DNA from: a bacterium
GTDB taxonomy: Bacteria; UBA8248
Direction of reading: 5' to 3'
Assembly (NCBI GenBank): GCA_965261085.1
Contig: OZ253442.1
Coordinates: 2,144,001-2,208,000 of the forward strand
DNA length: 64,000 nt
Positions 1 to 9,198 of the stretch are shown piece after piece (the first letter of the stretch is position 1; every line of letters starts with the position of its first letter). The notes below the pieces were generated by a model. The model was not told the DNA's origin. It made no database searches and saw only the letters and a program-made list of their open reading frames with translations. Made by a program: the position numbers and the translations under genes.

Positions 1-1361
1 GACTCGAACGCCCGCCCCAGAATGAAGGTGATGATGAGGGGGGCGACCGGGAAATCGAATTTTCGAAGAAAATAGCCCACCACCCCGAAAACCAGCATCA
101 CCTTCACGTCGAAGAAGCTGTTGTTCAGGGCGTATGTCCCCACCACGCAGAACGCCGCCACCACGGGGAAGACCGCCTTCTTCGGAAACCGCGCGATCAG
201 GGCCACGTAGCGCAGGCTGAAGAACCCGAGTACCAGCATGAGGACGTTGCAGAGCAGCATGGCGATCAGGATGCTGTACACGATCGCGCCGTGATCCTCG
301 AAGAGGCGCGGCCCCGGCCGGAGCCCCTGCACCATGAAGGCGGCGAAGAGCACCGCGGTCACGACGTCGCCCGGGATGCCGAAGCTGAGCAGGGGGATGA
401 GGCTCGAGCCGTTGACCGCGTTGTTTCCGGTCTCGGCGGCGGCCACCCCCTCCAGCGATCCTTTCCCGAACCGCTCGGGCTCCTTGGACCCACGGTACGC
501 CAGGCCGTAGGAGACGAACGCGGATACCACCTGACCCAGGCCCGGTATCGCGCCGATGATTGTGCCGACCACCGCCGAGCGGGAGATCGTCCGGCCGCAG
601 CTCTTGAACTCCTCCAGGGTCAGGGGTTCGTTGCCCTCGGCTTGCCACGCGGTCTTGTGCTTCTCGTCCTCGGTGTTTCGCTCCTCTCGGGACCTCTCTG
701 CGTAGAGGAAGATCTCCGAGAGCGCGAAGATTCCGATAAGCATCGCGATGAACGAGATTCCCCCGGTCATGTCCACCGAACCGAAGGTGAAGCGCCGCAC
801 CCCGATCAGGGGGTCGAGGCCGACCGAGCTCAGAAATAGCCCGAGGGCGGCGGACATCAGCCCCCGAATCACCGAGCGGCCCGTGACGCAGCTGATGATG
901 GCGAAGCTGAATACGAAGATGGCGAAATATTCCGGGGGGCCCACCAGGATGGCGACCGCCGCGATGGCGCCCGCGATGAAGATGGTGACGAGATCGCTGA
1001 AAGTGTCCCCGATGACGGAGGAATAAAGAGCCATCTCGAGGGCCTTTCTCGCCTTTCCCTGCTGGGCGAGGGGGTAGCCGTCCAGGACGGTGGCCGCGGC
1101 CGCGCCCGTCCCCGGAGTGTTGATCAGGATCGCGGGTATCGAACCGCCGAATATCGCTCCCTTCGTGATGGCCAGGAGGAAGGGAATCCCCAGAACGGGT
1201 TCGACGAAGAAGGAGATCGGCAGCAGAACCGCCACCGCCATGGCGGCCGTGAGGCCGGGGAGGCCGCCCACCACGATCCCCAGCGACATTCCGAGCGCCA
1301 GGACCGCGAGCACGTCGAAGCGCAGGCACAGGAGCAGGCCTTGCGCCAGCTGGGCCCACAT
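1..1361 (-). CDS. tctA: Tripartite tricarboxylate transporter large permease TctA (3' end runs off the window)
   Basis: Not in the ORF track. My translation from ATG 1361: MWAQLAQGLLLCLRFDVLAVLALGMSLGIVVGGLPGLTAAMAVAVLLP...GGSIPAILINTPGTGAAAATVLDGYPLAQQGKARKAL, carrying TctA signature motifs. Confidence 0.9.
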   Translation of the reverse strand, partial: MWAQLAQGLLLCLRFDVLAVLALGMSLGIVVGGLPGLTAAMAVAVLLPISFFVEPVLGIPFLLAITKGAIFGGSIPAILINTPGTGAAAATVLDGYPLAQQGKARKALEMALYSSVIGDTFSDLVTIFIAGAIAAVAILVGPPEYFAIFVFSFAIISCVTGRSVIRGLMSAALGLFLSSVGLDPLIGVRRFTFGSVDMTGGISFIAMLIGIFALSEIFLYAERSREERNTEDEKHKTAWQAEGNEPLTLEEFKSCGRTISRSAVVGTIIGAIPGLGQVVSAFVSYGLAYRGSKEPERFGKGSLEGVAAAETGNNAVNGSSLIPLLSFGIPGDVVTAVLFAAFMVQGLRPGPRLFEDHGAIVYSILIAMLLCNVLMLVLGFFSLRYVALIARFPKKAVFPVVAAFCVVGTYALNNSFFDVKVMLVFGVVGYFLRKFDFPVAPLIITFILGRAFE

Positions 1362-1362
1362 T

Positions 1363-1845
1363 TTAGAAGACCCCGCCCGAAAGTCTGCCCTCCGGCAGCA
1401 CGACGCCCAGGAAACGTTCGAAGAAGACCCAGATGAAGAGCGGGGTGAGCAAAGCGATTAACGCGAGGGTCCGCCATTCCCGCAGCCCGAGCTGAAAGGC
1501 GAACAGGGCGACCGCGACGAGGGTGGCGGGTAGCATCCCGAACCACTCGACGAGAAGGATGTAGAGGGCGAAGGTGGCGACCGGCACCAGGGCGCGGGTC
1601 CGAAGCGGCCCGCCGGGAGGGCCCTCACTCCCGGCGGAGGGGGAGAACCAGTTTCGCGCGGCCATCAGGGCGGCCATGAGCGCCAGAAAGGAGAGGGCGA
1701 GAAAGGGAAAGGCGCTGGGCGGGAACGGGATGGTCCGCTCCCCCACCTTGCGGGTCAGCACCTGGCTGGGTATCAGCGCCAGTCCGGCCAGGCTGATGAC
1801 GAGAACGGCAAGCCCGACCCACGTCTCCCATTGGAATCGCTTCAC
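1363..1845 (-). CDS. tctB: TctB-family small membrane subunit
   Basis: Four hydrophobic segments, a PSAFP motif and C-terminal F..FLGVVLPEG; abuts tctA. Confidence 0.85.
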   Translation of the reverse strand: MKRFQWETWVGLAVLVISLAGLALIPSQVLTRKVGERTIPFPPSAFPFLALSFLALMAALMAARNWFSPSAGSEGPPGGPLRTRALVPVATFALYILLVEWFGMLPATLVAVALFAFQLGLREWRTLALIALLTPLFIWVFFERFLGVVLPEGRLSGGVF

Positions 1846-2160
1846 TGTGCTCGGCCTCCAGCTAAGCGCTCACGACCTCAAGGCCCGCTCTCAGAGCAAA
1901 GCGGCGCAACTATCAATGGAACGATCTCCCGCGGAAGGACGCCCGGCGAAGGGCCTCTCTTCCGTCGACCTCTTTGAGAGGCAAGGGAGCCGTCATTTCG
2001 ATTTATGCTATACCCGCAGAATACGGGACGGCGTCCTACGGGTCAAACGAGGGGTGCCATATACTTAGCTAGCCAACAATATCAATCCAGTCATTATGAT
2101 ATCCGGTAACGTCCCAGACGTGCTCCGGTTCAATCTCAATGACGACTCGGTTGATCGTGA

Positions 2161-2364
2161 ATCGCCGGGATCGTCGCCCTCTCGGCTACCCTCCAGGGTT
2201 TTCTTGTGCGGCGGCTTAAAATCGGAGCGCGCGTGACTCTTGGGGTGGTGGCGCTGGCCCTCTCTTGGCCGGCGCCCTGGCTGAACGTTCTGGGCGCGGG
2301 GGTGCTGGCAGCGATGGCCTTTCAGCAGCGTCGCCAAACGCGCGCCAAAAGTTATTCTCTCTAA
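2161..2364 (+). pseudogene. Probable orphan 3' fragment of a TRAP 4TM/12TM fused permease gene
   Basis: Frame reads IAGIVALSATLQGFLVRRLKIGARVTLGVVALALSWPAPWLNVLGAGVLAAMAFQQRRQTRAKSYSL*. It resembles fused-DctM C-termini, has no start codon, and follows an in-frame TGA at 2158. Confidence 0.4.
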
Positions 2365-2389
2365 TTCAAGCCGGTTCGGCCAGCCCGTC

Positions 2390-3424
2390 TCAGGCGCGCT
2401 GCCCGGCCGCGGGGCGCTGGAAATGGGGGAGGACTTCTTCGCCGAGCAGCCGAATCGAGTTGAGTATCTTGCCGTGATCAAGCCCTGGAAACTGAATGCG
2501 GAAGTGCATGGAGGTCGTTCCGAGTTCCTCCTGATATCGTTTGATCTGGCGAATGCAATCATCCGGCGAGCCCACAATAAAGCGCCGGCGAAGATTTTCC
2601 ATAGCTTCAGCGCCCTGCTTCACCGGCCTCCCCTCGTCGTCCACCAAATGCCCCCAATCAAGATACTCCTGGTAGTTATAGAGCATGGGTTCTCGCGCCT
2701 CCTCCCAAGCTCGCTCGCTCTCTTCGGCCACGTAGGCTTCGCGTCTCAGGGGGAACTCCACCTGGGATGCGTCCTTCCCCGTCTCGGCCAGGGCATCGAG
2801 ATAGACTTGTTTTCGCTCCTTGAGCACCTTGAGCGGCGTGACCGGATCGGCGAGCCATGCGTTTCCCATGCGTGCGGCGCGGCGGATAGCGGCGGGCAGC
2901 TTGGCCGCCACCCAAATGGGAGGGCATGGCTTCTGCACCGGGCGAGGCATGAGGGTGACATCCTCCATGGGAAAGTAAGGGCCCGTGTGTGTCACGCCCC
3001 GCTCCGTCATTAACCGGCGAACCAGTCCGAGAGCCTCCTCAAAACGGGCGGCCCGTTGCTCGAAAGGAACATTAAAAGCCGCGAATTCCTCCCGCCTGTA
3101 GCCGAGTCCCACCCCCAGCACGAAGCGGCCCCGGGACATGATGTCCAGGACCGCGGCGTCCTCGGCCACCGCCAGCGGGTGATAGAAGGGAAGGAGGAGG
3201 ACGCAGGTGCCGATGCGCATCTTCTCCGTCCGGGTAGCGATGCCGGCGCAGGTCACCATGTTGGAGGGAAAATAGCCGTTATCCTCCACCATGTGGTGTT
3301 CGCTCGTCGTCACCATGTCGAAGCCGTACTTCTCCGCCAGGGCGATCTGCTCCAGGGAATTGTGATAGGCATCCACCCAGTGCCCAGTGCGAGACTGATA
3401 GCTGTAGTGCAAGGCGAACTTCAT
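2390..3424 (-). CDS. LLM-class (luciferase-like) flavin-dependent oxidoreductase
   Basis: Motifs AEKYGFD..SEHH, HPL.VAEDAA.LD..S.GRF.LG.G.GYR.EF and P.PVQKP.PPIW; GGAGG RBS upstream. Confidence 0.9.
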   Translation of the reverse strand: MKFALHYSYQSRTGHWVDAYHNSLEQIALAEKYGFDMVTTSEHHMVEDNGYFPSNMVTCAGIATRTEKMRIGTCVLLLPFYHPLAVAEDAAVLDIMSRGRFVLGVGLGYRREEFAAFNVPFEQRAARFEEALGLVRRLMTERGVTHTGPYFPMEDVTLMPRPVQKPCPPIWVAAKLPAAIRRAARMGNAWLADPVTPLKVLKERKQVYLDALAETGKDASQVEFPLRREAYVAEESERAWEEAREPMLYNYQEYLDWGHLVDDEGRPVKQGAEAMENLRRRFIVGSPDDCIRQIKRYQEELGTTSMHFRIQFPGLDHGKILNSIRLLGEEVLPHFQRPAAGQRA

Positions 3425-3587
3425 AGCTCCATCCTCCTAAACGATCCGGTTCGTTGGCCACTCACATCTACGCTCCAGACAAAACACATATAAGCCGAAA
3501 TATCCCGGCCCTTGAAATGACTCGTTTCGGAAATGGAGATGGGAAATCGCCTGAGCCGTGTTTTTCAGAGAACTCTTCAACATGAAT

Positions 3588-5003
3588 TCAAGATTCGATC
3601 GTGTATTTGGACAGGACGCCCCCGGACTTGCCGCGCGGGACGAACTGGCCGTAGCCCGGTTGTTGCATGAGCTCACCCTCCCGGAGGACCACCTTTCCGC
3701 GCAGGAGACTGAGCTCCAGCCGGCCGCTAAGCTCCCATCCCTCATAGAGCGTGTAATCGGAATTCGTGTGCTGCCCCGCCGCCGTCACGGTCGAACGCCC
3801 ATCCGGGTCGATGACGACGAGGTCGGCGTCGGAGCCGACGAGAAGCCCTCCTTTCTGCGGGTAGAGACCCAGGGCGCGCGCCGGATTCTCACTCGTGAGC
3901 TGCACGAGGCGCTCGGCCGAAATCCTCCCGCGGGCAACGCCCTCGCTGAAGAGAACCGGAAGGAGGGTCTCGATGCCGGGAGCCCCGAAGGGCGCTTCGG
4001 TGAAGGGCGGGTCATTCTTCTGCGCCTGGCTACAGGGGGCGTGATCGCTCCCGATGACGTTGATCCATCCGTCCTGGATGCCCTTCCAGAGAGCGGAGAC
4101 GTCCGCCTCCTCCCGCAGCGGAGGCGCCACCTTGGCCAGGCTTCCCCGCTCCCGCACGGCCGCCCCCGTGAGGGTCAGATACTGCGGGCAGGTTTCCACG
4201 ACGATGTCCTTCCCGGCCGCCAGCGCGCGCCGCGCCTCATCGAGGGCTTGCGCCGCCGTGAGGTGGACGATGTAAAGCGGGCAGCCCGCAAGATCCGCGA
4301 GGTGGATCGACCGCGCTACCGACTCGGCCTCCAACTGGGGCGGGCGTGTGTATTCCAGGAATTCGGCGCCGTCCATTCCGGCATCGAGGGCCTTGTTCTC
4401 CAGGTAGTCGATGACCAGGCCGTTTTCGGCGTGGACGAGCACGGTGCCGCCATGACGCCCCACGATATCGAGCGCGGCGTAGAAGTAGTCGTCCGGGATG
4501 CATCGGCCGCGGCCCCGCTTTCGGTAGCCCATCATGACCTTGAAGGTGGTGACGCCGCTATCGATGGCCTTGGGGATCTCGGCGAGATACTCGAAATCCT
4601 CGAAGATCCAGGCGTGCAGCGAGAAGTCGATCACGCTCTGCGCTTCGCCCTCCTCGCGGCAACGCTGCAGCGTGGAGAGCATGGTCTCATTCTCCTCGCC
4701 CGTGGCGAAGGGAACCATGGTCGTGACTCCTCCGTGCGCGGCGCTCCGCGCAACGTCGGACAGGGAATCGACATGGGAGGAGTACGCCCTGAAGTGGACA
4801 TGGGGGTCGACGACACCCGGAAGAATGAGCTTGCCCGGCACCTCCAGGACCTCCTCGGCGGCGGGCATACTTTCCGGCGCGCCCACACAGGCGACCCTCC
4901 CGTCTCGAACGCCGAGAGCAGCCTCCTGCCGGCCGTGACCGGATACGATTGCGCCGCCTTTCACGAGCAGGTCGAGCGGTTTCTGCTGGGACCTATCTGT
5001 CAT
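3588..5003 (-). CDS. Cyclic amidohydrolase (dihydropyrimidinase/hydantoinase/allantoinase family)
   Basis: PG.VDPHVH, A.HGGVTT, FKVMM (candidate carbamylated Lys), VHAEN, IVHLT, ETCPQYL, GSDHAP and G.L.VGSDADLV. Confidence 0.88.
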   Translation of the reverse strand: MTDRSQQKPLDLLVKGGAIVSGHGRQEAALGVRDGRVACVGAPESMPAAEEVLEVPGKLILPGVVDPHVHFRAYSSHVDSLSDVARSAAHGGVTTMVPFATGEENETMLSTLQRCREEGEAQSVIDFSLHAWIFEDFEYLAEIPKAIDSGVTTFKVMMGYRKRGRGRCIPDDYFYAALDIVGRHGGTVLVHAENGLVIDYLENKALDAGMDGAEFLEYTRPPQLEAESVARSIHLADLAGCPLYIVHLTAAQALDEARRALAAGKDIVVETCPQYLTLTGAAVRERGSLAKVAPPLREEADVSALWKGIQDGWINVIGSDHAPCSQAQKNDPPFTEAPFGAPGIETLLPVLFSEGVARGRISAERLVQLTSENPARALGLYPQKGGLLVGSDADLVVIDPDGRSTVTAAGQHTNSDYTLYEGWELSGRLELSLLRGKVVLREGELMQQPGYGQFVPRGKSGGVLSKYTIES

Positions 5004-5384
5004 GAAAACCTCCCTTGCGGACAGTCGCCGACGCCGGATGAAACAGCCGTTTCACGCCGGCTCCTCCTTTGTGAAATGACCCGGCCATGAAGCGGTAATC
5101 GAACTTTGATACTTCAACTGATTAAGACGCAGCATACTATATATCGCGGGCGCGCCAAAACCCGGGTGCATCCATTCGGTTTCTCAAAAATACAAATCAA
5201 TCGATAAAGAGGGGCCGAATACCGTTCTTGGGCGAGGCGGAAATCGGCAAGGCGGCCCTGCGCAAAGCTCTTATCGAAAGTGAGCAGTCCGTGGCCCGCA
5301 AACATACACAGGGCCGTTCGCGAACGGTGGGGCAGGCGCATAGGCGGCAGGCATGTATGTCCGCCCGTGCGATTTCTTTCTTTT

Positions 5385-6701
5385 TTAATACTCGAACACC
5401 GTGGGGCCGTCCACCTTTTCGGTCAGCGCCGCTACGGCCGCGCGGGCTGCGCCGAGGCGCCATTCGCGCTCGGCCTCGGGCGTCCGGGAGGGATCGCCGA
5501 AAGGATGGTGAAAATGTCCGGCGCGGTTGTTGACGATTCGGTTGACCCCGATGTCACGCGCCACGTCGGGCAGACAGGTGACGATGACGGTGGGGATGGC
5601 CTCCCGCTCCAAGGCTCTCGCCAGCGCAGCCCCGCTGCGCGTGCCGGTTCCTCACGTGGCGGGGAGGACGACGCCCTCGACCCCGGCCTTTTTGAGCTCC
5701 GCGGCCCAGGCGCGGCCGATGCCGTCCATCTCGGCGAAGGCGCCGCCGTTCCCGCAGGTGCTCAGAAAATCATCGTGGAGCGCGGCGATTTCGCCCTCGT
5801 TTTCTAACCGCCGGAAGGCGTCCACGGCGAGCATGCGGTCGGGCTCCTCGTTCACGAACACGGTGTTGAAGCCCCCGTGGATCGAGATGAAGGCGCCGCC
5901 CGGAAGGGCGTCTTTCCCCTCGAAGGAGTAGGTGGCCCAGTTCTCGTTCCTTGAGCCGGCGAAGCGATCCGGGTTGCCGGGGGGCACCATGCCGCCTTCT
6001 GATACGATGGCGATGCGGGCCTTTTTGAGATCGGCGATAGGCTTAGGCGGAGCTATCTCTTCCAGAACGGGCACTTCGAGTTCCGTCTCGTAGGGCTCGC
6101 CCTTGATTTTCTGGAGAACCATATCGACGGCGCGCCGCGAAGTCGGAAGCTCGGCGATTTCGTTGTAGCGGATGCCGCGCGGGAGGTAGCCATCGTCTGC
6201 GGCATTGCCGACCTCCTCGCCCCGGGCGAGCTTGAGCCCCAGGCGGGCGGCGGCTTCTAAGGCCTCTTCCATCCCGGCGGCGGACGCGGCTGCGGGGACG
6301 GTGTGAACGCTGATTCCGGCGGCGGGAAAGCCCGGATTCTCAGGGTGCATGGCGGTGACGACGGGAATGCCCGCCTCCTGCGCTGCGCGGCAGACGGCGG
6401 CGCAGGCGAGCCCGAAGCGCCCGGCGTTGAAAGCGGGCCCGGCGAGAACGAGATCGGGAGAAAACGCCATCACCAGCGCGATGGCCTCGGCGGCGCATGT
6501 TTTTTCATTCTCGGCGAAAAGACCGTCTCCCGCAAAGACGGTGCCGATGACTTCGGCGTCCTCGCCCAGGATTTTATCGAGCAATACGCCGGGGCCGACG
6601 GGGCCGGGCCGGGTGGATACGGGATGATCGCTTTTCTCCTCGCCCCCGACACCTGCGAAAAACTGGTTCAAGTAGTGAACGACCCGAAGTTTAGTGCTCA
6701 T
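5385..6701 (-). CDS. grdB: Glycine/sarcosine/betaine reductase selenoprotein B-like, 438 aa with in-frame UGA (Sec350) at 5654-5652
   Basis: ORFs 5652..6701 and 5385..5612 are in one frame. Readthrough gives ...VVLPAT-U-GTGTRSGAALARALEREAIP...GVNRIV...HPFGDP...TVFEY. GrdB motifs: VHYLNQFFAGVGGEE, GPAFNAGR, PENPG, GNPDR, HGG. Confidence 0.9.
5624..5640 (-). promoter_or_regulatory. Candidate bacterial SECIS hairpin of grdB
   Basis: mRNA: UGA, 11 nt, then GCGCAGC-GGG-GCUGCGC (perfect 7-bp stem with a G loop). Confidence 0.65.
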
Positions 6702-6915
6702 AGCCTGGCCTCCTCGTATGAATTCCTTGAAACATATAGGAAATTACACGTGATTATATACTTAATAAAGTGAGCCTCAAGATGTATATTTCTTTGAATG
6801 GGTACTTTATCAACAATCAAAGGTAGAGAGTTTTTCATCGTAGTTCCTGATTCTGGTTTTTTTGTCGATGACCTGCCTGAGTTCATCAATGACCCTAGAA
6901 ATATCATCCCCCTGT

Positions 6916-7239
6916 TCAATTCGTTAGGTAGATAGTGCTTTCATCTGTCTTGCCGTCTTCTTTTAGTTTGTTATATTCGGCTTGCGGCATCGACTCTATA
7001 TGCGTGATAGTTTTGGACTTAACGACATGCTCTTTTTCGTTAAGTGACACGCTACGAGAATCTACTTGGTTGATGATATTGACAGTCGGCTGTTTCTCTA
7101 TCCCGTCAATTTTTTCGCGTAGTTCGCGAAACTGCTTCTTATGAAAGAGCCAACCAATCATCAAACCAACAGCCACAGCTATACCGTAGGATAGTGCTTC
7201 CCTTGCAATAAACTTGACCAACGATTCAGGAAGTTCCAT
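6916..7239 (-). CDS. Hypothetical single-TM protein in an AT-rich insert
   Basis: 107-aa ORF with one hydrophobic segment (ALSYGIAVAVGLMIGWLF); composition much more AT-rich than the flanks. Confidence 0.55.
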   Translation of the reverse strand: MELPESLVKFIAREALSYGIAVAVGLMIGWLFHKKQFRELREKIDGIEKQPTVNIINQVDSRSVSLNEKEHVVKSKTITHIESMPQAEYNKLKEDGKTDESTIYLTN

Positions 7240-7414
7240 GTTCTCTTACCACCAGTTGTGCCTAGCTTAGTCAAGTTTATAATCACGCATTCTTAAATCT
7301 GCAAAAGTAGGCGTGAAATTTGCTTTAGTTTTCAAAATACAATTCCCGCCAAACATTTTAGCCCCGTGTCGAACACCCGGCAGGGCGAATATCCCGATCA
7401 ACGATCCCCCAACC

Positions 7415-8698
7415 TCAGTACGCCTTGCCCACCATGTTGTTGATGTCCTTCGCCCACTCGCTGGCGTAGTAGTCGCTGTCGACCAGGGTAAAGGCCTCGC
7501 GGACGTTGCATCTCTTACCGTTGTAGAATTCGACGACCTCGGAGCCGATGACGCGCTCCACCGCAGGGGCGGCGATGCGCTCCCCCTGCATACCCTTGGA
7601 AATGACGGCGTCGGCCTCGGGCACATGAAAGACGAGCGGGAACTCGCCCGACCCCGGACGGCCCACCTCGTAGATGATCGGAACGGCGCTCACGCCCATC
7701 TGCTCGAGCGCCTGGACGGTGAGCCAGTAGTCCACCGTGGAGTTGCCGCCGCCCTCGAAGGCGAGAACCGCGCCGTCGGCCTTGAGGAGGGTGGCGAGCT
7801 TGGCCACGTATTGCGCCGAGCGCTCCTTGAGCGCCTGGTTGTCGTGGTGGCCGCGCGTGATGACCATGCCTGCGAAATTGAGGTCCACCCCGTGGCGGCG
7901 GTAGAGCTCGTATATGAGCGGCATGTTGCAGTGCAGATAGGTCGGCGCCTTCTGCTGCGTCTTGTAATTCGCCCCCACCACCGCGCCGTCGAGCATCTCG
8001 TTCGGGTGAATGAGCGTGGGAAGCGAATCCCCCAGATTTTTGCCGTACATGAAGGTCTGAACCATGGACGCCTGGTGCATGACCTGATCGACGAAAATCA
8101 CCCGGGGAAGGCCGGGGTCGACGTCGCCGATCTCGAACCTTTCCAAGCTAACGGGTTCGAGCTCCGCCGTGTGCGCGGCCAGCCGGGACGCCACCTTCAG
8201 CGTCGCCAGGCGCACGGCGTCGTCATGCGCTTCGTTCGAGGCGCCATCCAGCGGCTCATAGCAGGCGACGAGATTCGCGGTCTCTGAATTCGTGCAGTGC
8301 ATCGCACCAGGACCGGACATATCGATAATCCCCTCGCGAAAGCTCATGATGCCCGTCATGGGACCGAGGAAATGGGTGGTGCTGATGACGCACATCCCAG
8401 CGAGCTTGTGGGTGCGGCCTTGGCCTGCGGTCTTCGCCGGGCCGAGGAATCCGGGGAAAGCGCATGAGCGCCCGCTTACCTTGTAGAGAGGCTCCACCGC
8501 ATCTAAGACGTTGGTGATCCGCACCGAATCTCCCGGCATGGCGGCGTGAAAGCTGACATCCTTGAGCGTGCCGTCTTCGAGCGCCAGTTCACGGAGGGCA
8601 TCGGCATCCACGGTGAGCGTTTTATCCCGGTACGCGAAGCGCTTTCCGAGGATGATTTTTGATACGGGAAATATACCCATCTCCAATTTCATGGACAT
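7415..8698 (-). CDS. grdE: Glycine/sarcosine/betaine reductase component B proprotein (GrdE/GrdG/GrdI family)
   Basis: PGDSVRIT.V.D.VEP..KV, FPG, G.G.TH.L.G, FREGIIDMSGPGA, HP.E.LDGAVV, LY.RHG.DLNF.G and EG.GN motifs. GGAGG RBS just past the grdA stop; exact ATG (8701/8698/8692) uncertain. Confidence 0.85.
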   Translation of the reverse strand: MSMKLEMGIFPVSKIILGKRFAYRDKTLTVDADALRELALEDGTLKDVSFHAAMPGDSVRITNVLDAVEPLYKVSGRSCAFPGFLGPAKTAGQGRTHKLAGMCVISTTHFLGPMTGIMSFREGIIDMSGPGAMHCTNSETANLVACYEPLDGASNEAHDDAVRLATLKVASRLAAHTAELEPVSLERFEIGDVDPGLPRVIFVDQVMHQASMVQTFMYGKNLGDSLPTLIHPNEMLDGAVVGANYKTQQKAPTYLHCNMPLIYELYRRHGVDLNFAGMVITRGHHDNQALKERSAQYVAKLATLLKADGAVLAFEGGGNSTVDYWLTVQALEQMGVSAVPIIYEVGRPGSGEFPLVFHVPEADAVISKGMQGERIAAPAVERVIGSEVVEFYNGKRCNVREAFTLVDSDYYASEWAKDINNMVGKAY

Positions 8699-8709
8699 CA
8701 TCGCCTCCA

Positions 8710-9162
8710 CTACCTCGCCGTGCGCATTTCGGCGAGATCGCTTTCTATCTGCTCTAAATCGAGCACCATTTCCATCATGAGAAGTTTATCGGCGTACAGG
8801 TCCTCGGGAACCTGGGATCGCACCTTCTCCTCGAGGATGTGAAAAACGGGGAGTCCCAACGAGACTCCCGCCAGGGGCCCGGCCCAACTGGGGTCCCCGG
8901 TGGTCAGCGTTTCGGCCGCGAGCCGAAGGCCTTCACCGGGCATTCCCAATACCACCATCAAATTTTCCGGCCCGACCTCATCCGCAATCGATTTGATGGC
9001 GGCCTGGTTTTCCAAGTCCATGGCGCCAGCGGAGGTTCAGACGAAACACTCCGTCTTCTGGAATACGATCTCCGCTCCCGCCGCCTCGAGGCATTCGGCA
9101 ATCAGCGGACCGGGAACGCCGTCCCGCTCGCCCAGCGCAATCACCTTCTTGCCCTTGAACAT
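8710..9162 (-). CDS. grdA: Glycine reductase selenoprotein A, 150 aa with in-frame UGA (Sec42) at 9039-9037
   Basis: ATG 9162 follows GGGAGG. Translation: [25 protein letters not shown]...[18 protein letters not shown]...[23 protein letters not shown]...MMEMVLD, with the canonical CxxU motif. Confidence 0.93.
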
Positions 9163-9198
9163 GAATATCCTCCCGCTTGCTACAAAAAAACGAACGAA

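Noticed and set aside
5652-9039. Reading the TGA codons in grdB (5654-5652) and grdA (9039-9037) as nonsense mutations or pseudogenes
   Set aside because: Both fall at the known Sec positions of their families and the frames stay intact and homologous on both sides.
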